Shown one piece after another: positions 22,296 through 35,258 of a DNA stretch of 64,000 nt. Both the position numbers and the translations under genes were made by a program. Origin of the DNA: Squalus acanthias. Its lineage: Eukaryota. The stretch covers positions 108,626,001 through 108,690,000 of the forward strand of contig CM059431.1 in NCBI GenBank assembly GCA_030390025.1. Reading direction: 5' to 3'. Each line of letters opens with the position of its first letter. The first letter of the stretch is position 1. The notes beneath the pieces are model-generated. The model worked only from the letters and a program-made list of their open reading frames with translations, had not been told where the DNA came from and searched no databases.

Positions 22296-22752
22296 GTGTC
22301 AGCTGTGGCTCAGTTGGTAGCAGTCTCACCTCTGAGTCAGAAGGTTGTGGCTTCATAGTCCCACGCCAGAGACTTGAGAATAAAAATCTATGCTGACACT
22401 CCCACGGGAGTGCTGCACTGTCGGAGGTGTCCGTCTTTCAGATGAGACGTTAAACCGAGGTCCCGTTTGCTCTCTCAAGTGGACGTAAAAGATCCCATGT
22501 CACTATTTCGAAGAAGAGCAGAGGAGCTATCCCTGGTGTCCAAGCCAATATTTATCCCCCAACCAACATAACAAAAACAGATTATCTGGTCATTATCACA
22601 TTGCTGTTTGTGGGAGCTTGCTGTGCGCAAATTGGCTGGTGTGTTTCCTACATTACAACAGTGACTACACTCCAAAAGTATTTCATTGGCTGTAAAGCGC
22701 TTTGAGATGTCTGGTGTTCGTGAAAGGCGCTAGTTAAATGCAAGTCTTTCTT
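22296..22752 (+). mobile_element. DeuSINE (SacSINE1/AmnSINE1-like), full length
   Basis: tRNA head, Deu domain (GAGTGCTGCACTGTCGGAGG..GATGAGACGTTAAACCGAGG), L2-type tail. Confidence 0.88.
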
Positions 22753-23117
22753 TTTTTCTTTAAAATGTTAGGCCTTAAATTGACTTAATTTTGGCAATTG
22801 TAGATTCTTGTTGTGTTTTCTGAAGAATTTTCAGATTTCCAAAGAATAAGACTGGGATTGAGAGTGAATTCACAGCCCAGAATACTGATTTTATATTGCA
22901 TATAATGGTATTTGAGTGCAGGCAATTTGATTAGAGAGAGGCACTCCACAGGCTAATGAAGCATCAATTCCATTTCAATTGGACCATAAGAACAAAAGCC
23001 ATTGGGGTAGAAGTTTGACCTCGTTGCACCCGTTTTACAAGGTCCAATTTCGGCAACTGACGTCCTGTGGCCAAGGGACACCTGATAGATGTCCGACCTG
23101 ATAGACGTTTGCCCCAG

Positions 23118-24675
23118 AGGGCTGTGCATGCTCAGTCGTTGAGTATATTGAAGGCTGAGATAGATAGATTTTTGGACTCTGGGGGAATCAAGGGATATGG
23201 AGATCAGGCGGGAAAGTGGAGTTGAGGTAGATGATCAGCCATGATCTTATTGAATGGCGGAGCAGGCTCGAGGGGCCGTATGGCCGACTCCTGCTCTTAT
23301 TTCTTAAGTTCTTATGACCGATATTGCGCCGGGCGATTTTACAGGCATTTCTGGTGGGTGTTAGTAACCGTACACCCAGCAGGGACTGGGACTGCTCCCG
23401 TTGGGATTCTGAAACGGTAACTGGGCGACTGCCACTATAAGATAACTCGGAAGAGGACTCGATAGGGTAGATACAGAGAAACTATTTCCTCTGAGGGGGA
23501 AATCCAGAATACAGGGACATAGGGGGAGAAATTCAGTATCGCCCCATTTGGGGCGCAATTATCGGCCGGGCGCAAAGATTAGCGCCTGGCGCTAATTATC
23601 GCCACCAACTGCAAACTTGACTTTTATCGCCCCTGGAGGTGATTGCAGCGCTATATCAGGCGCTTCACACCTGTCTTAAGGCGCAAATGCCGAGGAGCGA
23701 GGCGCTACCTCAGAGCGCTGGCGAAGCTCATGTAATGTCAGTCAGCAATGGAACACACACACAATGGCACGGGCCAGTTCTTAAAGGGGATGGTTAATCT
23801 TGCTTTCCATCCACATCCTGCTCATTGCAGCCTTGAATCTCGGCCTGGAGAGACCTGCACATCAAATGTGCTGGAAAGAACAATGGAGAGTACCAGGCAA
23901 AGAGCTCAGAGTGCAGCCCCCACAGTCTCTGCTAAATCGATACAAGGAATGGCAAATCAAAATGAACCTGCAAAGTGCTGCTCAGTACCCAAAACTCCTT
24001 CACACAACGTTGAATCTCTCCAGAAGTCTCTCCCTCTCTCTCTCAGAATGCGTAGTTCAAAAATGGCACCAATAATAAAAGGCAGGAAGCGGACACCTTT
24101 AAATAGAGCTCCCCCTTTCCCTTCATGACTGCAGAACGCTCCCCTCAACCTGTCATTGCTAGCATCAGGCGGTAAGGCAGGGGGCACCACTCAATATCCA
24201 CTCTGGGGCGATACCGGGGCGTTGCGCACTCGAGTGACGTCATGATCTGCCGGCGCAGGAGATCGTGGCGGTAGTGTTTAGCGCCGCCGCAAAATGTCTA
24301 GTTAATTTCGCGAGCGGCGCAAACTTCGCCGCGCCTGGGCGCTAGATGCTTTGCGCCCCATTAGCGCCCTCTTAAGGCGCTAACGGGAGGCGCAACCAAC
24401 TGAATTTTTCCCCCATAATCTTGAAATTAAAGCCAGGCCATTTAGGTATGAAAGCAGGGAAGCACTTTTTCACACAAAGGGTAGCGGAAATCTGGAACTC
24501 TATCTCCCCAAAAATCTATGGATGTTGGGTTAATTGACATTTTCAAGATTGAGATCGATATATTTTTGTTGGGCAAGGGTATCAAGGGATATGGATCAAA
24601 GGTGAGTAAATGGAGTTGAGGTACGTGATCTAATAGAATTGTGGAACAGGCTTGAGGGGCTGAATGGCCTATGTA
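23118..24675 (+). mobile_element. Two CR1 3' fragments (23118-23315; 23450-24675), the second split by a MITE
   Basis: CR1 C-terminal coding sequence and 3' UTR; GGGACATA|ATCTTG is contiguous across the MITE. Confidence 0.8.
23522..24414. mobile_element. Non-autonomous Harbinger-type element (893 bp), copy 1
   Basis: TIRs GGGGGAGAAATTCAGT / ACTGAATTTTTCCCCC; TSD ATA. Confidence 0.88.
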
Positions 24676-24929
24676 AGAAATAAGTGCAGTTAGAGTGCAG
24701 GAAATTAGTGGAACTTTTGTCGAATTTTGTTGTGGAAAGTAAAAATTGTTTGACCACGTAGATTTCGGAGAACATTTCCGTGGACAAATTGATGAACTTG
24801 GATGGCAAGTACAGGAACTTAGGGAATGCAAGAGTTTATAAAGTAGTTACGGCTGTTGCGGGGGGAGCGGGGTGGGGGAGTACAGGCAAGAGTAGGTATT
24901 TTATTAAGTATCTCAACTTTTATTTCCTG

Positions 24930-26060
24930 CAAAGACTTAGGTATAAGTTGCCACCTCCTTTTGCTGGCTCCAAGCTGAAGGTTCTCTGGCTACAGCTCCT
25001 CTGCTTGCTGTGCACCTTCCTCCTAATGGGGAGGTGTAGAGCCTTCTCCATCTTCTTCATCGTCACCCCTGCAGCTTCAGAAAGTACTAATCATTTCTGC
25101 ATCTTGATATTATGCGGAAGGCAGCAAGCAACAATGTATCTGGACTGCACTGCAGGACTCCAACCGATTTATCCAGACAACAACAACTTGCATTTGTACA
25201 GCGCCTTTAACATAATAAAACATCCCAAGGCGCTTCACAGGAACCATTATCAAACAAAATTTGACACCGAGACACATAAGGAGATATTAGGAGCTTTGTC
25301 AAAGAGGGACGTTTTAAGAAGCGTCTTAAAGGAGGAAAGACGAGGTTTAGGGAGACAATTCCAGGGCTTAGGGCCTTGGCAGCTGAAGGCACGGCCACCA
25401 ATGATGGAGAGATTAAACACCTAAAACGAGATATCAAAATTCCTATGGTCTGCTCTATTGAAATTCTTGTAGTACCATGAGCTTCATTTATTGTCATTCT
25501 TCCTCTCTGTCTGTGGATGCCTACAGCAGTCATAAGCCATGAGTGCAAAGATCATCCTGGATCATCAATCAACCATCCGAACACGTGGCCCTAATTCATT
25601 ATGCTGATGTAGTGGATTGTCACACGGTGAAAGCATCATGACAGCCGGCATTAGTGTGCATGCTAAGGTGATTGGCACCACACATTATTTGGACATTTAT
25701 TGAATGAAAGCCTTTCCTATTAATTAAATTGAGGGGGGTTGCTGGGGTTGTTGCACAGCACTTTCATTCCACCGTGTATTTCATTAATTGCTCCTTGCAC
25801 CTGTAGTAATCCTGGCAATCTATACAGTTGGACTGCTGGTTCTCTTTCTTCCATGGAGAAGATAAGGAAATGAGAGGCACACCTGAATAGAGTATCAATG
25901 GTCTTCTTAATACAGTGGTGTGCTGCTGCCTTACAAATGTAACAAAGGTACCCCAAGGCTGCCTGGAAGGATCCAGTGGCAAATAAATCTAAGGCACTGG
26001 TCACAGTGCTACAGACAATGTTGCTCTCCTGGGGAAAGTGGGCTACAGTCCTTCAGCCAG
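24930..26060 (-). pseudogene. Old Harbinger transposase remnant with nested L2 3' fragment (25176-25420)
   Basis: ALDLFATGSFQAALG, VQGAIN, TRISIEQTIGILISRFRCL; many disruptions. Confidence 0.8.
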
Positions 26061-26071
26061 CATAGAGACAT

Positions 26072-26580
26072 AGGGCTGGATTTTACCAACCTTGGCAGGT
26101 CCGTGGCGGGCGACGTCGGTGGCGGGTCCCGGCCTCGCTGCTCTCTCCAGCCCGCTGTCCAAAATGATTTTCCCCTGATTGGGCTTGTTAAGCCCGCCCA
26201 TCGCGTTTCCCGGTCAATTGAAGGAAGTGTGTCTGATGACGTCATTTGATGACGCGTCATCAACCGATTTCCTTAAAGGGACCATTCACAAATTGATTTT
26301 GACAGTTGTGCTGTCAGTGCTCTGCAGCATTGAGGTGCTGCAAACACTGACAAGCACTGCACAAAGGTGCACGGGTGCACCCAGGCTCTCCCATGACTCC
26401 CTCCATATGCTTATGGAGGGAGTCACAGCACGCAGGGAGGATCTCTTCCCTTCCCATGGGCGGAAGAGACCTCCCCAGGAGACCAAGGCAGCCTGGTTGC
26501 ACATTACACAGGAGGACACAAGCAGGGATGTCATCAGGAGGACCAGGCTGCAGTGGCGCAAAGCTTTCAATGATCTCAGA
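26072..26580 (+). mobile_element. Harbinger end with Myb/SANT exon, truncated by a CR1 fragment (26595-26770, minus strand)
   Basis: TIR GGGCTGGATTTT; APRLSHDSLHMLMEGVTARRE..AAWLH..RTRLQWRKAFNDL. Confidence 0.8.
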
Positions 26581-27254
26581 CAGCTTTTTTGGGGGGTAGA
26601 GAGTTACTAGCCTTTGTGCGAAGAAGCATTTCTTGTCATCACCCCTGAACGGCCGAGCTCTAATTTTAAGGTTATGCCCCCTTGTTCTGGACTCCCCCAC
26701 AGAGGAAATAGTTTCTCTCTATCTACCCTATCAACTCCTTTAATCATCTTAAACACCTCTATTAGATAATTGCCTCCTGGGAAAGCACTGCTCTCAGAGG
26801 CATTGATGGGAAGAGAAATCTAAATGGAAACCTCTAGGTCTATAAAGCCTGTGGAGTGGAGATCTGCAGGCTGGAAACCAACATCTGCTGGTTTGAGCGG
26901 AATCTCGTGGGCGGGAGGAATAAAAACACTTTTCAAAATGGGCGCAATTTGCGCCGGATTCGTCAATTGCGCCCAAAGCGGAAACTCTAACCACCGCACT
27001 CCCCCCCCCCCCCCGACCCACTGTCTCTCAATAGATAATTTCCCCACAGTCTATCAGCTTTTCTTACCTTCCTTCCTGAGTCTGATATTTACTTGAAGAA
27101 TGATGGAGTTGAAGCAATATAATTGGAGGTATCATCAGTGAACTCAATTGCTACAACAAGGGTATAATTTCAACTGTCCAATATGGTCAGCCTCACTGAT
27201 ATCATTCGCTCTGGTTTTCGAGATTAACTCCAATGCAAATAATTTAAAGATGCC

Positions 27255-28097
27255 GGGCTGGATTTTGAAGTTGGAGTCGGTTGGGGTCGGGATTCACACA
27301 TTCTGGCTTGTGAACCCGCCTCCATCGAGATGTGGCCAACCCACTGTATTTTCCCTTGATTGACCTTGTTGAGCCCGCCCAGTGGGCTCAGCAGGCCAAT
27401 TAAGGGCCACCCGGCAACAGGTGACGTCACAGACTGACATTTCATCTGTCAAGAGCTTTTGACAGATGAAATATCAGCGTTTGACAGCTCTGTGAAGCTG
27501 TCAAACACTCACAATATGATTTCTAACTTCAGTCCTTCCTCTCAGGCTGAGTTAGAAATCATTCCACCACAGAAAACAGAAGGCTGCAGGTTTTGACAGA
27601 ACCACGGCTTTCCTGCTTTCTGTGCCGGTGAGATTTCTAACTCCCGAGAACTGAAGGGCTGACACCTGCAGGAGGAAGTTAAGGTAAGTAAAACCTTTTC
27701 CAACACTTAGCACTTACCTTACACACTTACCTCTGCACACATGCACCCATCACTCACCTTGCCCACCAGACATATCGACCCCTCCAACCCCTGCAGACCC
27801 ACGGCCCGCCCCGATTACTTGGCGTGGTAGCCACCTGTCGGGAAGCCCACACTTTTCTTTTGAAAATAGGGATTATGCAAAAAACTGTCTGTTAACTACC
27901 TGTTAACAGGCAGTTAATTGTTACCTATCCCTTCCCGCCTCGGGGAGTCGGGTCTCAGAACAGGTTGGGTACCTGCCGCCAGAGAAACTGGCATGGAGGC
28001 GGGTTGAAGTCAGGATGGGGTCGGGACCCCCGAATCTGCAACTTTAACCCCCCCCCGCCTCCAAACCCGACTCCACGGGTCATTAAAAATCCAGCCC
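27255..28097. mobile_element. Harbinger-type MITE with internal hairpins
   Basis: TIRs GGGCTGGATTTT / AAAATCCAGCCC. Confidence 0.8.
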
Positions 28098-28526
28098 GGA
28101 GTCTCACCAGATTTTTTTCTTTAAAAACCACCTTCTTAAACTAACTAGAACTGTGAGTAATGTTATTCTATCAACACTAAACGTGCAGTAGAAAATTCCT
28201 CTCTGCCATTTTAATGAAGCTGGTAAGACATTATTTTGAACAGGTAATGCTCCTGGTTAATAATAGAGCGAGGAGCTTGATACAAGCAAATTAAGTCTTG
28301 ATACGAGAACAGCTGACAGTAATGTCCTCCATATAGCAAACCTTAACATCTTCTCGATTTCTCTTTGCATTTTTGAATCTGATTAAAAAGTGAGTTCTGT
28401 TTGCAGATGATACAAAACTTCGAAGTATAGTGCACAGTGAGGAGGAGAGTGATAGACTTCAAGAGGACATAGACAGGCTGGTAGAATGGGTGGAAACGTG
28501 GCAGATGAAATTTAATGCAGAAATGT

Positions 28527-30996
28527 TTTTTTTTTATTAGTTTTATGGGATCAGGGTGTCGCTGGCAATGCCAGCCTTTATTGCCCATTCTTAGTTGCCC
28601 TTGAGAAGGTGGTGGTGAGCTGCCTTCTTGAACCGCTGCAGTCCGTGTGGTAATGGTACTCCCACAGTGCTGTTAGGTAGGGAGTTCCAGGATTTTGACC
28701 CAGCGACGATGAAGGATCGACGATATACTTCTAAGTCAGGATGGTGTGTGACTTGGAGGGGAACTTGGAGGTGGTGGTGTTCCCATGCGTCTGCTGCCCT
28801 TGTCCTTCTAGGTGGAAGAGGTCGCAGGTTTGGGAGGTGCTGCCGAAGAAGCCTTGGCGAGTTGCTGCAGTGCATCTTGTAGATGGTACATACTGCAGCC
28901 ATGGTACGCCGGTGGTGGAGGGAGTGAATGTTTAAAGTGGTGGATGGGATGCCATTCAAGCGGGCTGCTTTGTCCTGGATGGTGTCGAGCTTCTTGAGTG
29001 TTGTTGGAGCGGCACTCATCCAGGCAAGTGGAGAGTATTCCATCACACTCCTTACTTGTGCCTTGTAGATGGTGAAAAGGCTTTGGGGAGTCAGGAGGTG
29101 AGACACTCGCCACAGAATACCTAGCCTCTGACCTGCTCTTGTTGCCATAGTATTTATGTGGCTGGTCCAGTTAAGTTTCTGGTTCATGGTGATCCCCAGG
29201 ATGTTGATGGTGGGGGATTTGGCGATGGTAATGCCATTGAATGTCAAGGGGAGGTGGTTAGACTCTCGCTTGTTGGAGATAGTCATTGCCTGGCACATCT
29301 GTGGTGCGAATGTTACCTGCCACTTATCAGCCCAAGCCTGAAAATCGTCCAGGTCTTGTTGCATGCGGGCATGGACTGCTTTATTATCTGAGGAGTTGCG
29401 AATGGTGCTGAACACTGTGCAGTCATCAGCGAACATCCCCATTTCTGACCTTATGTTGGAGGGAAGGTCATTGATGAAGCAGCTGAAGATGGTTGGGCCT
29501 AGACACTGCCCTGAGGAACTGCTGCAGCGATGTCCTGGGGCTGTGATGATTGACCTTCAACCACCCCAACCATCTTCCTTTGTGCTAGGTATGACTCCAG
29601 CCAGTGGAGCGTTTTCCCCCCCGATTCCCATTGACTTCAGTTTTACTAGGGCTCCTTGATGCCAGACTCGGTCAAATGCTGCCTTGATGTCAAGGGCAGT
29701 CACTCTCACCTCACCTCTGGAATTCAGCTCCTTTGTACATGTTTGGACCAAGGCTGTAATGAGGTTGGGAGCCGAGTGGTCTTGGCGGAACCCAAACTGG
29801 GCATCAGTGAGCAGGTTATTGGTGAGTAAGTGCCGCTTGATAGCACTGTCGATAACACCTTCCATCACTTTGCTGATGATTGAGAGTAGATTGATGGGCG
29901 GTAATTGGTCGGGTTGGATTTGTCCTGCTTTTTGTGGACAGGACATACCTGGGCAGTTTTCCACATTGTCGGATAGATGCCAGTGTTGTAGCTGTACTGG
30001 AACAGCTTGGCTAGAGGCGCGGCTAGTTCTTGAGCACAAGTCTTCAGCACAATAGCTTGGATGTTGTCGGGGCCCATAGCCTTTGCTGTAACCAGTGCAC
30101 TCAGCCGTTTCTTAATATCACGGGAAGTGAATCAAAATGGCTGAAGACTGGCTTCTGTGATAGTGGGGACCTCAGGAGGAGGCTGATATGGGTCATCTAC
30201 TCGGCACTTCTGGCTGAAGTTGGTTGCAAACGCTTCAGCTTTGTCTTTTGCACTCACCATCCATTGAGGATGGGGATATTCTTGGAGCCTCCTCCTCCCG
30301 TTAGTTGTTTAATGGTCCACCACCATTCACGACTGGATGTGGCAGGACTGCAGAGCTTTGATCTAATCCGTTGGTTGTGGGATTGCTTAGCTCTGTCTAG
30401 AGCATGCTGCTTCCGCTTTTTAGCATGTATGTAGTCCTGTGTCGCAGCTTCCCCAGGTTGGCACCTCATTTTTAGGTACGCCTGGTGCTGCTCCTGGCAT
30501 GCTCTTCTACACTCGTCGTTGAACCAGAGTTGATCCCCTGGCTTGGTGGTAATGGTAGAGTGAGGAATATGCCGGGCCATGAGGTTACAGATTGTGGTGG
30601 AATACAATTCTGCTGCTGCTGATGGCCCACAGCACCTCATGGATGCCCAGTTTTGAGCTGCTAGATCTGTTCTGAATCTATCCCATTTAGCACGGTGGTA
30701 GTGCCACACAACACGATGGAGGGTGTCCTTAGTGTGAAGACGGGACTTTGTCTCCTCATTGACTGTGCGGTGGTCACTGCCGCCAATGCTGTCATGGACA
30801 GAAGCATCTGCGACAGGTAGATTGGTGAGGACGAGGTCAAGTAGGTTTTTCCCTCTTGTTGGTTCACTAACCACCTGTCGCAGGCCCAGACTGGCAGTTA
30901 TGTCCTTCAGGACTCGGCCAGCTCGGTCAGTAGTGGTGCTACCGAGCCACTCTTGGTGATGGACATTGAAGTCCCCCACCCAGAGTACATTCTGTG
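28527..30996 (-). mobile_element. LINE family B (endonuclease C-terminus, RT, 3' end)
   Basis: VGDFNVHH, SDH, ALDIKAAFDRVWH, MFADD; several frameshifts. Confidence 0.9.
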
Positions 30997-31190
30997 CGAA
31001 GTGCGAAGTGATATATTTTGGTAGGAAGAATGAGGAGAGGCAACATAAACTAAAGGGTACAATTCTAAAGGGGGTGCATGAACAGAGAGACCTGGGGGTA
31101 CATGTGCACAAATTGTTGAAGGTGGCATGGCAGGTTGAGAAAGCAGTTAAAAAAGCAAACGGGATCCTGGGCTTGATAAATAGAGGCATA

Positions 31191-32080
31191 GGGGAGAAAT
31201 TCAGTATCGCCCCATTTGGGGCGCAATTATCGTCCGGACGCAAAGATTAGCGCCTGGCGCTAATTATCGCCACCGACTGCAAACTTGACTTCTATCGCCC
31301 CTGGAGGTGATTGGAGCGCTAAATCAGGCGCGTCACACCTGTCTTAAGGCGCAAAGGCCGAGGAGCGAGGCGCTACCTCAGAGCGCTGGCGAAGCTCATG
31401 TGATGTCAGTCAGCACTGGAACACAGACACAAGGGCGCGGGCCAGTTCTTAAAGGGGAGGGTTGATCTTGCTTTCCATCCACATCCTGCTCATTGCAGCC
31501 TTGAATCTCGGCCTGGAGAGACCTGCACATCAAGTCTGCTGAAAGAACAATGGAGAGTACCAGGGAAAGAGTTTAGAGTGCATCCCCACAGTCTCTTCTA
31601 AATCGTTACAAGGAAGGGCAAATCAAAATGAACCTGCAAAGTGCTGCTCAGTACCCAAAACTCCTTAGACAGCGTTGAATCTCTCCAAAAGTCTCTCTCT
31701 CACTCTCTCAGAATGCGTGGTTCTAAAATGTCACCAACAATAAAAGGCAGGAAGCGGTCACCTTTAAATAGCGCTCCCCCAGTCCCTTCCTGACTGCAAA
31801 ACGCTCCCCTCAACCTGTCGTTGCTAGCGGCAGGCGGTAAGGCAGGGGGCGCCGCTCAATATCCGCTCCGGGGCGATACCGGGGCGTTGCGCACTCGACT
31901 GATGTCACGATCTGCCGGTGCAGGAGATCGTGGCGGTAGTGTTTAGCGCCGCCGCAAAATGTCTAGTTAATTTCGCGAGCGGCGCAAACATCGCCGCGCC
32001 CTGGGCGCTAGACGCTTTGCGCCCCATTAGCACCCTCTTAAGGCGCTAACGGGAGGCGCAACCAACTGAATTTTTCCCCC
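31191..32080. mobile_element. Non-autonomous Harbinger-type element (890 bp), copy 2
   Basis: Closely similar to 23522-24414 along its length; TSD ATA. Confidence 0.88.
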
Positions 32081-33717
32081 ATAGCGTACAAAAGCAAGGA
32101 AGTTATGATGAACCTTTTTAAAACACTGGTTCGGCCTCAACTGGATTATTGTGTCCAATTCTGGGCACCGCACTTTAGGAAGGATGTGAAGCCTTAGAGA
32201 GAGTGCAGAAAAGATTTACAAGAATGGTTCCAAGTATCAGGGACTTCAGTTACGTGGATAGACTGGAGAAGCTTGGGTTGTTCTCCTTAGAGCAGAGAAG
32301 GTTGAGAGGAGATTTGATAGAGGCGTTCAAAATCATGAGGGGTCTAAACAGAGTAGAAAGAGAGAAACTGTTCCCATTGTTGGAAGGGTCGAGAACCAGA
32401 GGACACAGATTTAAGGTGATTGGCAGAAGAACCAAAGGCGACATGAGGAAAAGCTTTTTTACGTTGCGAGTAGTTATGATCTGGAATGCACTGCCTGAAA
32501 GGATGGTGGAGGCAGATTCAATCGTGGCTTTCAAAAGGGAATTGGATAACTACCTGAAGGAAAAAAATTTGCATGGCTACGGGGAAAGGGCGGGGAGTGG
32601 GACGAGCTGAAGTGTTCTTGCAGAGAGCCGGTATGGGCTCAACAGGCCAAATGGCCTCCTTCTGTGCTCTAACCATTCTATGTTGACATCATTGGAGGGA
32701 TCGAGTTTGGAAGAATTATCGGGCCCAATAGTGTGACAAACTGGATTAACATTTTATTAAAGCACTCCAGTTTTATTACTTTAATCTTAGTTCTCACACC
32801 TCCAAACACCATTGACTTTAATAATTGCTCCAGGCCAGTACTTCAGCTGATTTCAGAGAGAAAAATATTGGGGAAAAAACCCCACAATGTGCAGCCAAAA
32901 ACAAAAGGGTAAATGAAAGTTAATGATAATTCTTTGCAATAATTTATTTTTTAAGAGGTACTAATTGCAAGCCTCCTTCTTTCATACTTTTGCAAATAAT
33001 TGAAATTGATTGACCCATTATGAAAGTATGGTTCTTTGCCATTCATTATTAATTTTCAACCTGACACATTTAATTATATGTAAAAAATTTCAGTTAAGTA
33101 AAACATTAAAAGCAAATCTGTTTCCAACACTGCGCCTACAATGTGGTGCAATACTGCCTGAAGGGCAAAGCGGGAAGACTGGCAATGCCAGCAGAAATAA
33201 TGTCCTTGAACTGCTGTTATTCTATTCCAAATCTTTCAGCAGTTCTTTTCAATGTTCTTTTAACCAAATTCATTTAGAATTAAAAACTCCAGTGATTATT
33301 TGCTATAAGTTATATGATTTGTTACAAAAGAGAAATTGGTCATCTCCATTAACTACATTCTGGAACCGATTGAGAAGACTCAGGATGTTAACACTGAGGA
33401 TTACTTTTTGGCAGTCGTTTATCTTCAGCTTTGATTTCTGCTTTGAAGCCCATTAAGATTTAGTTATTCATGAAGCCCATGCCAGCCTTACAACCACATT
33501 CCTCCAGGCTGATGTGAGAAAATCCCTGGACCAGTGGGTATGGATTCATCCTGTTTGCCTGTGCACGAGGTATCTCAGATACATAGGCAACCCTTATACC
33601 TAGAGATCAAGGAAATGTAGATTTTTTTTAAAACCTGTACAATAGCAAAATGCTGGAAGCCTGTTTGGCCCAGTGGTAAGTGCATGATACAGTTAAACCT
33701 AGAAGCACAGGCACACC

Positions 33718-34544
33718 TGTGAGTTTTAAGTTAACTTTGGAAAAGACATTTACTTTGGACAATGAACGTCTCGATAGGTGATTTAACGGTGAATAGGTGA
33801 TTTAACTTTGGATAATGAGACTTCGTGTTTTAATGGGTTTCGATGGATCTTCGCTGGAACAATGGACGTCCTGGCCTCAATGGAAAACACTTTAACCTTG
33901 GGTAAAACACATCAGCAGTAAGACTAAATCACATTAAATATGTACCACAGTGGGGGGGAGACAAGATAAGGAATTACCTTCCATCCCTCAGCCCTGTACA
34001 TATCCTGTGGTTTGGATTACTAGGTGTGTATTGGAAAACAAGAGTTGGGGGAAGGCCCAGACTCGAAAAGGCGTGACGGAAGAGCTATAAAAATGATCCA
34101 CACCACAGCTCTCTCTCTCTCTCTCTCTCTCTCGGAAGCTAGCTCTGACTACAGCAACTGCCAGGTGTAAGAAGGAAGGGAAGACGGTCATCTCCAGCTC
34201 CCAGCCTGCAATCGACGTCAGCCACGACCAGCCGGACGGGTGGTTGTAAGTGTCAGTTGACTCTACAAGGGGTTTGCGCTGTGTAGGCAGCTGCAGTCAG
34301 ATAAAGGAGGACAGGGACAGGTCATCTCCGATCCAGGCCTACAATCCACAACAGTAATGACCGGCCGGATGGGTGATTGTAAGTTTCAGCCGAATCTCAA
34401 CAGGGTTTTTGTCTGTGTTTTGTTGGTTTTAATAAACTAACAGTTTTGGGTTGAACCTAAACCTTTGTGTCGTCTACCATTTTGTTCCTGTAAAACCCAG
34501 AGTCAAAGAACCCTTGTAAGGACGAGGAGACCAAACACCTTACA
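33718..34544 (+). mobile_element. Probable solo LTR
   Basis: TGTGAG...CTTACA ends, TATAAAA at ~34086, AATAAA at 34431, internal direct repeats; TSD ambiguous. Confidence 0.5.
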
Positions 34545-35258
34545 GACAAGTGCCACTGCACAGCCAGTAATAAAGCACAGACATCTCAGGGTTTCTTCCT
34601 CGATGTCATGTTCGCAGAATGGTACCTCACCAGCAGTTCATGAGGCCCACCCATGGCACTCGCCCTTGGTCTTAGTGTAGGGTCCGTGTTGTCTATTCCT
34701 AGTGCTCTGCTTGTCTAATTGCCACCTGTTTGGGAGGAGCACGTGTGGTGACACGTTGCTGCCCCTTATCGAGAGCCTGTGACTCACCTATGGCAAATGC
34801 CCTGTTTCCGCTGGGCCTTGAGATGGTCCTGCCACTACCTCGATGCCTATGCTGCCTGGCTGCTCCTGTCCCCTGCCAGCCTCTTCTGCACTCCTCTGAT
34901 GCGTCTGGCTTGGACAGGCAGATGGGTCATCATCACCAGATAAACCAAGTCATCACCTTGTGGTTGACAAGGAACATTCATGCAGACAGGCCCTTGACAA
35001 CCATGAAAGAAAGTGAAGCTTGCCAACAAGGTCCTCTCAAGCTGATCCCCTGACTTCTGTTGACCAGAAGTGACAGTGTCTTGTACGTTGATGCTTAAGG
35101 TCTCAATAGTGGCTTATACTGTACTAACAAGCAAAATTACATCACGCTTAGACTCTCTGTCCTCAAGGCCTCTGCACAGGTTCCCTGGAGCTACTTGTCA
35201 CTCCATGGCACTCGACAGGTTTCCGGGACGGACCCTCTCGCATGTCTATATAGATGTC

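Larger units (their letters stand above)
28398..32682 (+). mobile_element. CR1 RT-to-3' fragment split by LINE B and a MITE
   Basis: FADDTKL..WQMKFNAE (28398-28525) resumes as KCEVIYFG at ~30997 and again at 32081. Confidence 0.88.

Noticed and set aside
23522..32080. Segmental duplication or LTR pair formed by the two 890-bp repeats
   Set aside because: Each has its own TIRs and TSD in a different CR1 position; no TG...CA ends, PBS or retroviral genes between them.
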